Position numbers and translations under genes: made by a program. This document shows positions 1 through 9,179 of a stretch of DNA of 23,195 nucleotides, piece after piece. This DNA is from an uncultured virus (IMG/VR IMGVR_UViG_2061766007_000739) (taxonomy: Duplodnaviria > Heunggongvirae > Uroviricota > Caudoviricetes), in IMG/VR virus record IMGVR_UViG_2061766007_000739. One strand, written 5' to 3'. Each line of letters begins with the position of its first letter. Position 1 is the first letter of the stretch. The notes under the pieces are model-generated. The model made no database searches. It was not told the origin of the DNA and was given only the letters and a program-made list of their open reading frames with translations.

Positions 1-1665
1 ATCTCCAGCAATATCTGGGCCTTCTGTCTTTCTGGCATCGTTAAGTTCCGCACTTTCATCGTTTAAGAATTCCAACCTGTTATCAACTACTCTACTATAT
101 GGGACAACACCCATCCATTCGGTATAGGTCGTAAAGGAGGAATTGCTGTCAATGTATGGGAAAAGGACCGGTAAAATGTACCGTTCAGCATCATTGGGAG
201 AACTGGAGTCAAATGTAACCTGTTCGCCATTAAGATCAACGGTTACCTTTCCAGATTCCTTGTCATCGCCAACAATCTTAAACTTATTTGGAAATTTCTT
301 CACTGCTTCCAGAATACGAGAAGTGATTTCACCCTTTTCCACGCTAGTCTTACGAAGCAAGATTTCATCACCCGTACCAGAAACACCCGGATAGACCTTA
401 TCCTTTCCATCCGGATTCAACTGGAAGAAACGACGAAGAACCATGTCCTTCAACTGGAGCGTACGATTATCACCACCCAAAGTTCTCAATTTAGCAATAG
501 CTTCATCACGTTTGCTGGATGCCGTCTGTGCATCGCTTGCCAATTTTGCAACATAATTGTTGATTGTTGTACGGAGGTCATCCAGCACTTCTTCCGTAGG
601 AACCTTAGTCTCGGGAACTTTAAGTCCAAATGCATAAGCAATCATCGAATAGCCACGGAAAATGTCAGCATCGCTTATGTCTGGGTCACCACCACGCTTC
701 TTGGTGAAACTATAACAGTCCTTAGCAAACATTGAACGCAAATACGCCGGCGCAACCGATGCCCCACGCATATCCACGTCATTGTTAAACATGTCAAGCG
801 CACGATACTCCGAACGGCCTTCGCCTGTCTGGTATTCAGTAGTATCATCTACACCTTCACCTTCAATCCAGTCACGCACAAAGCCAACCGTATCCTGAAT
901 AACCGATGGCGAATTAGTATCCACATCATCAGCATATTTTTCAGCCATGGAGCAAGCAATGTAAGCATACACTTCAGCATCTGAAATTTTAACATCGCGT
1001 CTGGGTTCCAAATAGTGCTTAATTCCATCGGCATCGGCAGAAATTGGTTTTGGAGACTTGAGCTCAGTTACATACTTGGCATGATATTTCTTAATCATTG
1101 CAGACATATCATCCAGCAACGCTTTGTGAGTTCGCTTGTCTTCAATATGGTCTTCCAAGTCAAAAAGATATTCACCAAACTTTTCGCCAATAGCCTTCAA
1201 TCGTTCAGGGTTATTCAACTGTCCAACCACAATCTTGCGAGCTTTTGTCAAATCAGGCTTATCGTGAATGCCCACCTTTTCTTGAACATTCCGTTTCCAC
1301 CCTTCTTGTCCAGCGTACGGAACAATTCGACCAGTTTCAGGATCATGTCGTACGCCAGCCTGCTTAGATGCATCTTTATGAACACCCCCGTCAGCCAAGC
1401 GACCAATGTCATCAGTTACAGCCTCCGCAATGACAGTGAAATATTCCGGGTCATCCTCCTTATGGCAAGCAGCATAGATAACAGATGCCAGGCTTGGTGG
1501 AAAACGCAAGGTCTTGTTGTGCCGGTCCAGGCTATAAAACGGAGAATCTTCACGGATGGCAGGGAACACCAACGCCAAATCCTTCATCGCAATGAGAGAA
1601 GACCTAACCCCCTGGATGTCCTGTTCCGCATTATGCAAACTTTCAAACAGTGGACTAACACTCAT
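1..1665 (-). CDS. large hypothetical phage protein, possibly virion-associated; runs off the left edge (>555 aa)
   Basis: Not in the ORF track. Manual translation from ATG at 1665 (MSVSPLFESLHNAEQDIQG...) is open without a stop to position 1. AAGGT SD-like sequence and a TATAAACT motif lie upstream. Confidence 0.85.
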   Translation of the reverse strand, partial: MSVSPLFESLHNAEQDIQGVRSSLIAMKDLALVFPAIREDSPFYSLDRHNKTLRFPPSLASVIYAACHKEDDPEYFTVIAEAVTDDIGRLADGGVHKDASKQAGVRHDPETGRIVPYAGQEGWKRNVQEKVGIHDKPDLTKARKIVVGQLNNPERLKAIGEKFGEYLFDLEDHIEDKRTHKALLDDMSAMIKKYHAKYVTELKSPKPISADADGIKHYLEPRRDVKISDAEVYAYIACSMAEKYADDVDTNSPSVIQDTVGFVRDWIEGEGVDDTTEYQTGEGRSEYRALDMFNNDVDMRGASVAPAYLRSMFAKDCYSFTKKRGGDPDISDADIFRGYSMIAYAFGLKVPETKVPTEEVLDDLRTTINNYVAKLASDAQTASSKRDEAIAKLRTLGGDNRTLQLKDMVLRRFFQLNPDGKDKVYPGVSGTGDEILLRKTSVEKGEITSRILEAVKKFPNKFKIVGDDKESGKVTVDLNGEQVTFDSSSPNDAERYILPVLFPYIDSNSSFTTYTEWMGVVPYSRVVDNRLEFLNDESAELNDARKTEGPDIAGD

Positions 1666-1698
1666 ACTGTAACCTTTGAAACATAGTTATATGCCGGT

Positions 1699-1706
1699 AG
1701 TTTATA
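1699..1706 (-). promoter_or_regulatory. TATAAACT putative late promoter
   Basis: AGTTTATA on + strand, about 33 nt upstream of ATG 1665. The same 8-mer recurs upstream of other genes and resembles the T4 late promoter TATAAATA. Confidence 0.6.
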
Positions 1707-1760
1707 GGCATACCGAGTTTTATAATGCATCATTCCATGCAAATACGGTAGGTCTTAATC

Positions 1761-1768
1761 TATAAACT
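1761..1768 (+). promoter_or_regulatory. TATAAACT putative late promoter
   Basis: 27 nt upstream of ATG 1796, which has a GAGGT SD; divergent partner of the 1699-1706 copy. Confidence 0.6.
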
Positions 1769-1795
1769 ACAGTCGTTAACGATATCGAGGTAATT

Positions 1796-4643
1796 ATGGC
1801 AACTATAGCACCGTTTGTACAGCTAAGTGATCCAGCGGACGATCCACTTGTAGAAACTTCGTTCCCCTCGGATATATGCCCAGACACCAAATCAGCGATG
1901 TCCCTATATGCCCAGATGACCCAACCAATGTGCCCACAGAACTGTATCAACGACACCTTTTCCGAGTCATTGAACAATCCAGCANNNNNNNNNNAATCCA
2001 GCGGACGATCCACTTGTAGAAACTTCGTTTCCCTCGGATATATGTCCAGACACCAAATCAGCGATGTCCCTATATGCCCAAATGACTCAGCCAATGTGTT
2101 CACAGAACTGCATCAATGACACCTTTTCCGAGTCGTTGAATAATCCAGCATACTCGAATATAGCGAATTTCATTCACAGTCCACAAGGCCGCACATTTTA
2201 CCTTTTAAGCAATTATCAGCTTACTGAAGTTACTCGACTCAGTTCTCCGAGTCCTGAGGTTCTGTTACAGGCTTTTACGCATGCAATTAACATTCTCGAC
2301 GGCAACCCAATTGACTTTACGCCAAGTGATCCAGATGCACAAATTATATGGAATGGGGTTAAAACCAAAGTNNNNNNNNNNATTCACAGTCCGCAAGGTC
2401 GCACATTTTACCTTTTAAACAACTATCAGCTTATTGAAGTTACTCGACTCAGTACTCCGAGCCCCGAGGTTCTATTACAGGCTTTCTCGCATGCAATTAA
2501 CATTCTCGACGGCAACCCAATTGACTTTACACCAAGTGATCCAGATGCACAAATTATATGGAATGGGGTTAAAACCAAAGTCCCGTCAGCACAGTTAAGT
2601 TTATCCATTCTTTCTCTATTTTCCAGCTCTTTTTTACCGGCAGACATTGATAATACGTTTAAACAATTCATTCCATCCGATAAGGCATATGCCAATGAAG
2701 ATGGAACGGAATTACCTAAGGATGAGTATGAACACGCTAAGTCCATTGTCACCAAAAAACGCATCGAGTCACTTGCATCAATTTTCAACATTTGTGATGC
2801 CATTTTCGTTTCAAATAAGGGTCTCCCATCCATCGAAAATTTGTCGTATATATATGAAAATTTTAAATCATTGGACACCGATCTGATTTTAACCCCCTCA
2901 AAAATGCTAGACAAAAAAGGTGGAAAACCTTTGAAGACCCCAGCCGAAAAAAACAATATACTAAACGCTAAAAAACCAAACCCATCACATCATACAGAAC
3001 AGCAAGCAACACCATCCGCACCACCCAAACCATCTATGAACACAGCAGAAATTGAAGGTCTTAAACACTCATTGCAAAATGTGGAGAACATAGCCAAACA
3101 GGCGCTTGACGCATCAGCCCAAGCTGCCCAACTGGTTAATACTGTAAAACAGGCGCTGAATGATATCAAGACAATGAGCCCGTCAGATACATCCGATAAG
3201 GCTGAGTTGTTAAAAACTGTCGAAGAGTTGCGTACAGCTGCACAAGCTGCCGAGCAAGCAAGTGCTGCTGCAAATCAGGCAGTTTCACAGGCGCAGGAAA
3301 TCAAGAATACAGCCAAGAAGGAAGCTGAGCAAGTCCGTACCGATTTCCAGTCTCAGGCTGATACCATGTTACAATCAATCGAAGACTTGTTTTCACAAAT
3401 CAGACAGTCGGCAGATTCGGCAAAATCTTCCGCGTTGGAGGCCAAGACAGCCCGTGACAGCGCTGTCGCGGAAGGGGATAAAATCCGCGAGCATGCATCA
3501 TCAATGTCCGAAGAACAGATTGCCCAAATTCTGGGAAGTCTACGCCAGACTGGCGAAAGTACCGAAAATAATGATTCAATTCCGTCTGAAGGTGCTGAGA
3601 TGCCTAGTAACGACAAAACTGACACCGAAAGTAATGCGATAGCATCATCCAAAATTTCTCCACATGCAAACATTCCACAAAAGGTACTCAACGAAATTTA
3701 TGCCCACGCCGCTTCCAAGGAACAGATAGTATCGGCTATTCATGAGGTCGAACAGGATATTATGGGAAGCACACCGAATTCTGAATTTCTTACCAGATTT
3801 GTTCCGGGTGTTACCCAGACGGTAATCAAGGATATTTTAACCAATCGCACGGCCAGTGGTCAATACATAACCAAGACCACCGGTCGTGGTAGTAACGGAA
3901 TTCCGCACACCAATCTTACTGGTGGTAGCACATTCACCGCCGGTAACCGGGCAAAACCTCTTGGTTCTGTAGAAGTTCCATCTGGTTTTAACCAGGATAA
4001 CTCATCGGTTCTGTGGAACGATCCCGTTATTACATCGATGGGGTTTCCGTTCATTAACTTCGGTGCCCCCGAAATTCAGATAATATTGAAAAGTAAAGAT
4101 GAAAAACAGGTAAAACGTTCCTATGCGAAACTAAAAAAGCAAATGAAGCGTATAGGCTTGTCCTCCCCAATCAAGGTTCTCAAGGACTTCAAGAATGCCC
4201 GAGGAGTAACGTGCACAATCAACCGCATATCAGTTGATACTGATGAACTTAGTGAGAAAGGCAATGCACAAGTGAATGCCTCTGTATATCCCCGAGTATC
4301 AACGGATTTGCAGACCTCCATCGGCACAGTTCCATTAACCAAGGATTTCATTACCGAACTATATAATGTACTGTCCCCAATCACAGGCGCCAAAATCTAC
4401 ATGGACACTCTCGGTATGGATGAAGATGAATATGCAAACATGATAAATCATGATGGAAGACCCCCACTGTATATCTTCGTCCCAAAGGAACGCATGGGGT
4501 TCAGAAAGGGAGCATCTAGCTTTATTTCTCGCATCTTTACGTTCAAATCGAAACCGACACTGGTTGAAGCCAAGATCGGAACTCACCATGGTGGTTTCAT
4601 AATGCCGTTCAGTACGGTGCAGGTGCTCTTTACCGAAGTGTAA
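1796..4643 (+). CDS. large hypothetical protein with central Ala/Gln/Glu-rich coiled coil (about 823 aa after removing assembly duplications)
   Basis: ORFs 1796..2119 and 2064..4643 are one gene. The N gaps at 1985-1994 and 2372-2381 separate duplicated segments (offsets 166 and 210 nt); 2848-166-210=2472 nt, which is in frame. GAGGT SD before ATG 1796. Confidence 0.8.
1830..2150. other. assembly artefact: variant duplication across N gap 1985-1994
   Basis: 1830-1984 is repeated at 1996-2150 with scattered SNPs. Confidence 0.9.
2172..2581. other. assembly artefact: variant duplication across N gap 2372-2381
   Basis: 2172-2371 is repeated at 2382-2581, differing mostly by transitions. Confidence 0.9.
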
Positions 4644-4667
4644 TCTAGTTTACCGGGAGGTAACATT

Positions 4668-5030
4668 ATGGTATTGGTAAATCACATCGCAAATGCAATA
4701 TACGGTTGTATCGTAGGCAACTGGTTGCTGAACCTGTTCCAGACATTCACCCACCATAGCGGGGGTGAACATAGGTATGTCGTTGTTGCCCAACTTCAAA
4801 CATGCGAATATATCAAGGTCCTAGAAACCGATGACCAAATAATTGCATATGATATTGAAGGAAAGATTGATGAGGATACTAACACAATAACAGCAATTAC
4901 CTACGACCGAGTCCTACCGGGAGACAGAGAAGACCTTAGGTCTATCGAATTCATAAATATAGTACCACCATATGTTGAAGAAAGAGAAAAGCTTCTGGCA
5001 ATCATGCACGAGGCTAAACAGTATTGGTGA
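4668..5030 (+). CDS. hypothetical protein (120 aa)
   Basis: ORF with strong GGAGGT SD, co-oriented with neighbours. Confidence 0.8.
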   Translation: MVLVNHIANAIYGCIVGNWLLNLFQTFTHHSGGEHRYVVVAQLQTCEYIKVLETDDQIIAYDIEGKIDEDTNTITAITYDRVLPGDREDLRSIEFINIVPPYVEEREKLLAIMHEAKQYW

Positions 5031-5033
5031 TCT

Positions 5034-5041
5034 TATAAACT
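5034..5041 (+). promoter_or_regulatory. TATAAACT putative late promoter
   Basis: 29 nt upstream of ATG 5071, which has a GAGGT SD. Confidence 0.6.
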
Positions 5042-5070
5042 GAGGGTATTACAGTACCTGAGGTTTTAAC

Positions 5071-5973
5071 ATGGTATCCAAGAAACTCCAAGACAAATTT
5101 TATGCCGCGCTCGAATCCCTGAAGGACGGCAAGAACGATTATATCCTCGAAGCTCTTGCCGCCGGTGCAAAGGCAACTTTCGAAGGACTGATTCGTGGCG
5201 AAGTTACCGCCGACGGTACTTATATCCCACCGAAGGATGAACGACCAGATTCCGCCTGCATCGGCCCGGATTCCTGTTCAAAGTTCCTTACCATGGAAGA
5301 TCTCAGGAGATTGACCCACGATCCGGATACTGAAAACGAAGAAGACCCCGAGGAACTGAACTTCGAAGGCAACGAAGCCAAACGTTTCCCAACCTATCCC
5401 GGCCAGTTCAGCGAGGAAGAATACTCCATGGTTGCCGAGGCTGTCACAAAGCTAGGCAACACAATCATGGCTATGCGCACCAAGGAAAACGCTGCGCTCG
5501 TGGAAGCTATCAAGTCTGGATGCGATACCTGCTTTACCTTCAACTACGATGGCAATGGCTGGACCCCGGATGAAGAAAATCCGCAACCATCTGCACCAGC
5601 AGAACCGGCGCCACAGGGCGAGTAACACTTCGTTGGAGCCAATGAAGACGAAGGTGACGGTGATACGGCGGATGGTGTTTACGCGCACGGCGAATTGGAA
5701 GACCGCCTTGGCTACGACATCCTCTGCTTCTGCGGAACTACGCTTGAACAATTCCAGCAGGATCTCGTGAACGGCTACCGCAACAACCCGAACTTCGGCA
5801 ACGGAATCCCGGTAACAGTCAAGGGTATCAATGAACCGTGCAGCCTGTATGTATGGTACACCCAATTCGACAACGGTTTCGTTCTCCCGCGTGGTGTCGT
5901 CGTGTTGAACTCCGATACCGATGCAGTGAACTATGTCAAGGAAGTATGGACGAAAAAGCCACAGCGTTTCTAA
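5071..5973 (+). CDS. acidic hypothetical protein, probably one 300-codon gene interrupted by an in-frame TAA at 5623-5625
   Basis: ORFs 5071..5625 and 5695..5973 share a frame. The sequence between them is open (GE*HFVGANEDEGDGDTADGVYAHGELEDR) and the second ORF has no SD or ATG. Confidence 0.65.
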
Positions 5974-5992
5974 TCCACCCCATTTAATTTCG

Positions 5993-6019
5993 AAGACGGG
6001 CCACTCGGTCCGTCTTTTT
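5993..6019 (+). terminator. intrinsic terminator
   Basis: AAGACGGGCC-actc-GGTCCGTCTT stem (one G-U pair) ending in a T run, just after the stop at 5973. Confidence 0.7.
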
Positions 6020-6035
6020 CATATAGTTTTCCGCC

Positions 6036-6731
6036 ATGAGCATATATGTAGTAGGTTCCAAACACAACAATTTCCTTGAACTCGACGAGGGCAGGGAAAA
6101 GTTCTTAGTGGACGTTCCCCACAAGGGGGACAATATCGACAACCTGAACCCATGGTACTGCGAGCTCACCGCCCTGTACTACATGTGGAAACATTCGACC
6201 GCGAACATCATCGGCCTCGAACATTACCGCAGGTTCTTCGCGAACGCCAACAACCAGGGCTGGTCCAGGCTTACCAAGAACCAGGCCAACGAACTTCTCG
6301 ACAAGTCGGACATCATCGTCACCGAGTTCTTCCACCGGAAGGACTACTCGGCGTTCATGTGGTTCGCCGATGCAAAGTACATGAAATGGCTCGACATATT
6401 CCTCTCGGTACTCGAAGATACCGAGAAGAACCTCGGCACCCGGTTTGCCAACTACCTGAAAGGCCCCTCCCTCATCCAGTGCAACATGTTCATCGGCAAG
6501 AAACCTCTCCTTGACAAGTATTGCAAGGACCTGTTCAACCTCCTGAAAGCATACGACGAAAAGGCCGGTCTCGATGACAGCAACCGCCGCATGGACGGCT
6601 ACCTCGCCGAGCACTTCTTCGGCTTCTGGCTGTCCCTGGCAAATGCCCGGATGTCCAAGGTCCCGAAACTGGAACTCAGGTTCCTCCGCACCGGTGTCCC
6701 GGAAGGCGAAAAAATCAGAACAATCTACTAA
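6036..6731 (+). CDS. DUF4422 domain protein (polysaccharide/glycosyltransferase-associated)
   Basis: Signature GDNIDNLNPWYCELTALYYMWKH...IIGLEHYRRFF, plus CNMFI and RMDGYLAEH, typical of DUF4422. Confidence 0.85.
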   Translation: MSIYVVGSKHNNFLELDEGREKFLVDVPHKGDNIDNLNPWYCELTALYYMWKHSTANIIGLEHYRRFFANANNQGWSRLTKNQANELLDKSDIIVTEFFHRKDYSAFMWFADAKYMKWLDIFLSVLEDTEKNLGTRFANYLKGPSLIQCNMFIGKKPLLDKYCKDLFNLLKAYDEKAGLDDSNRRMDGYLAEHFFGFWLSLANARMSKVPKLELRFLRTGVPEGEKIRTIY

Positions 6732-6735
6732 CAGA

Positions 6736-6772
6736 AAGGCCATCTCGCGAGAGATGGCCTTCTTATTTTTTC
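6736..6772. terminator. probable bidirectional intrinsic terminator between convergent genes
   Basis: Perfect 11-bp stem AAGGCCATCTC/GAGATGGCCTT with a GCGA (GNRA) loop and a T-rich tail. Confidence 0.8.
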
Positions 6773-6780
6773 ATGAACAA

Positions 6781-8166
6781 TTAGGCAATCACGCCGCTGA
6801 ACTTCTTTGCGCTGAAGTTCAAGAGTTTCACCGTATTCGGACCGGACTTCAACATGTCATCAACGGTTTCGAAGGAGCGTTGATATCTGGTTTCACCGCC
6901 ACCTTTCGACACGTTGTATTCGATATTGAAGAACGGCGAATAGCCCTCTCCGCTGAGAATTTCAATCTTGATATAACGGGTACCAACCGAGTGAGATATG
7001 GAGAACAGGTTGCCTTTAAGCAAAATGTCCCAAACATCCGACGGCAAGGAGAGTATCCGGTTGACCATATTTCCCGGAATGTCGGTGCGACGCGAGAACA
7101 ACTTGGTATATGCCTCAGCATTCGGCTGCATCTTTGGCGGGGCACCAACCGGACAGTTGACGCGCTTAACACGGTTGATATCGGCCTCGACGATTTCCTT
7201 GGTCAGCGGGGTTCCGTCATCCAGTGTACTGCCGTTTTCAGCCATGTCAATAACCGTGCAGTCCATTCGCGGTTCACTGGTATATTGAAGAGTCGGGCAG
7301 TTGCGCGGCTTTTCGGTATCGTAAACGCGGCGGACATATTCCTTCACGGCCTGCACGGTCGCTTCGGAGTATTCCGGGATGAACTGGGAAATGACCGAAA
7401 TGTCTTCATTGGTCAGTGTTCCGGCATTGAGCCGGTTTTCCCTTACCATGCGGGCGATGATTACATGCGCTGCCTCAACCACGCCGCGATTTTCATCGTT
7501 CTTTTCCAGGTTCCGTTTGAGCGCATCGAGTGCGAATGTCTCGTTGATTTGCATCAGGGTGACACCATCAAGCGACTGGACACCGAGACGCTGCAGGAAC
7601 TTCGGGTACTTCGGCATACCGAGAACCTTGTAGTCACGGCCATCAGCCTGGATCGGCGTGCGGACCTTGTACCAAATCATTGTGGTATATTCATGTAGGG
7701 CGGAATCGTTTGCATGGATGAGCCCATCATCGTCATCAAACTTGAACTCATCGAATTCCGGCAACACCTGTTTCACTGCTTCTTCATAGGTAGGCCACGA
7801 TGCATAATCGTATGTTCGCCAGGAAGGTATGGGATTCGCGGCAGGTTTTTCACCGGGGGGAATGGGAGCATTTCCCGGCTGGCAATACGGTGGCACCGGC
7901 TGCTGTGCAGATGCCTGGGCGAAAGGGTTCATCGTAAACTCGCCGGTGTTTCCAGGCATCATCTGCGGGTGCATATCCGGCTGGGACATGTTGGCCCCAA
8001 TCCGTTCCTTCATGTCGGCTTCCGCCTTGCGGAGTTCATCGACGGACGGAGCCTCATCCTTCTCGGTTTCGGGAACATCCATCTCACGCATGTCGGGAGA
8101 TTCGTTTGGTTCGGAATTGTCGAGAACATCGACGGGTTCGGACTTTGACTTGGTTTCTTTCTTCAT
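6781..8166 (-). CDS. hypothetical protein with acidic/Pro-rich N-terminus (about 461 aa)
   Basis: Long ORF with genome-typical codon usage. GGAGG SD precedes ATG 8166; 8178 is an alternative start. Confidence 0.85.
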   Translation of the reverse strand: MKKETKSKSEPVDVLDNSEPNESPDMREMDVPETEKDEAPSVDELRKAEADMKERIGANMSQPDMHPQMMPGNTGEFTMNPFAQASAQQPVPPYCQPGNAPIPPGEKPAANPIPSWRTYDYASWPTYEEAVKQVLPEFDEFKFDDDDGLIHANDSALHEYTTMIWYKVRTPIQADGRDYKVLGMPKYPKFLQRLGVQSLDGVTLMQINETFALDALKRNLEKNDENRGVVEAAHVIIARMVRENRLNAGTLTNEDISVISQFIPEYSEATVQAVKEYVRRVYDTEKPRNCPTLQYTSEPRMDCTVIDMAENGSTLDDGTPLTKEIVEADINRVKRVNCPVGAPPKMQPNAEAYTKLFSRRTDIPGNMVNRILSLPSDVWDILLKGNLFSISHSVGTRYIKIEILSGEGYSPFFNIEYNVSKGGGETRYQRSFETVDDMLKSGPNTVKLLNFSAKKFSGVIA

Positions 8167-8192
8167 GGTTTCCTCCATGAAGAAAAACTATA

Positions 8193-9179
8193 TCACTCGT
8201 TCTCATCAGGATCAAAGATCGGGTCATTGACCGCGTCTTCGAGGCCGTACATCAAGTTGTCGTTATTGTTCTTTACATTCAACCCAGGCATTTCAGGCAG
8301 TTCGCCATTTTCCTCAGGATTCTCATCATTCTCCTCGGGAACGGGATTTGCATCGGGCGACGGTTCGGCAGGAACTTCCTCGCCATGTTCAATCACACCC
8401 GCGAGCGCATCGAGCGACTCCTGGGCTTCCGGTATCTTGACTGGGTTCAAGCCTTCCATCTTCGGCAACGCATCCTTGTCGCTGATGACAATCTTACCAT
8501 CTTCAGGTATGACCTCGGGACGTTCACCCTTCGGGGTTTCCACCTGTTTCGGGAACATTTCAGGCGTCTCGCCCTTCTGTTCTTCCGGCTTCTTCTTTTT
8601 CGCCGAGAGTGGACCGAGGTCCACCTTCTCCTGTTCAGGCTTCGGGAACCTGGCGGTCCTAGCATCCTTCATGATTGGGCCGGCATTGGAAAGCATGCCC
8701 TTGAACGCGGCAGCGAGATGCTTGCATATCGTATGTTCGCGTGCCGGATCGCGAACGTCGGGTGGGATGTCGGAACCGGCATCGCCATGTCCTTCCTCGA
8801 AACCATCATGCAGGTGCGACATGTTGTATGCCGCACCGGAATAGCGGAAATCCTTGCAGGGACAGAAGCACCTGACATCGGCTTCCTTCAATGCGTTCAC
8901 CCTGGACCGGAGGTCGCGGACGTTGTTGGCGACAGCGAACAGCGACATGCCCTTCGGTTTAATGGACACATAACACTCGTACATGGTACCTGGGTTCGAC
9001 TGGGAAGGAATATGCCACTTGATTACCGCGTCACCAGAAAGGTTTTTCTCTATTCCCACATAATGGTATTGCAGTTTCTTGGCGCGTTCGACGCGACCGG
9101 AATCCAATGGGGCCGTGAATTCCTGCATCGTGCCTTCAAGGAAGGTACGAAGCCTTTTCTGCAACATCGACTTTAACAT
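8193..9179 (-). CDS. SWIM-type zinc-finger protein with acidic Pro-rich tail
   Basis: DVRCFCPCKDFRY...ICKHLAAAF fits the SWIM CxC-x(n)-CxH pattern. The start overlaps the upstream stop (TAATG). Confidence 0.75.
   Translation of the reverse strand: MLKSMLQKRLRTFLEGTMQEFTAPLDSGRVERAKKLQYHYVGIEKNLSGDAVIKWHIPSQSNPGTMYECYVSIKPKGMSLFAVANNVRDLRSRVNALKEADVRCFCPCKDFRYSGAAYNMSHLHDGFEEGHGDAGSDIPPDVRDPAREHTICKHLAAAFKGMLSNAGPIMKDARTARFPKPEQEKVDLGPLSAKKKKPEEQKGETPEMFPKQVETPKGERPEVIPEDGKIVISDKDALPKMEGLNPVKIPEAQESLDALAGVIEHGEEVPAEPSPDANPVPEENDENPEENGELPEMPGLNVKNNNDNLMYGLEDAVNDPIFDPDENE

Noticed and set aside
1015..1686. 223-aa + strand ORF (also 143..394 and 849..1034)
   Set aside because: Shadow frames of the long open minus-strand gene 1..1665.
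2172..2581. Apparent tandem protein repeat or DGR template/variable repeat pair
   Set aside because: The copies abut an N gap, differences are mostly transitions at all bases rather than adenine-specific, and no reverse transcriptase is present.
2940..3050. Strongly A/C-rich stretch
   Set aside because: Explained by a Pro/Lys/Thr/Asn-rich linker within the large CDS.
5623..5625. Genome-wide stop-codon reassignment
   Set aside because: TAA, TAG and TGA all terminate well-supported genes elsewhere in the window, and coding density is high under code 11.
6574..7698. 374-aa + ORF and other long antisense ORFs (8385..9176, 15031..15822, 17620..18411, 19985..21283)
   Set aside because: Antisense to well-supported genes; explained by codon bias, with no SD or motifs.
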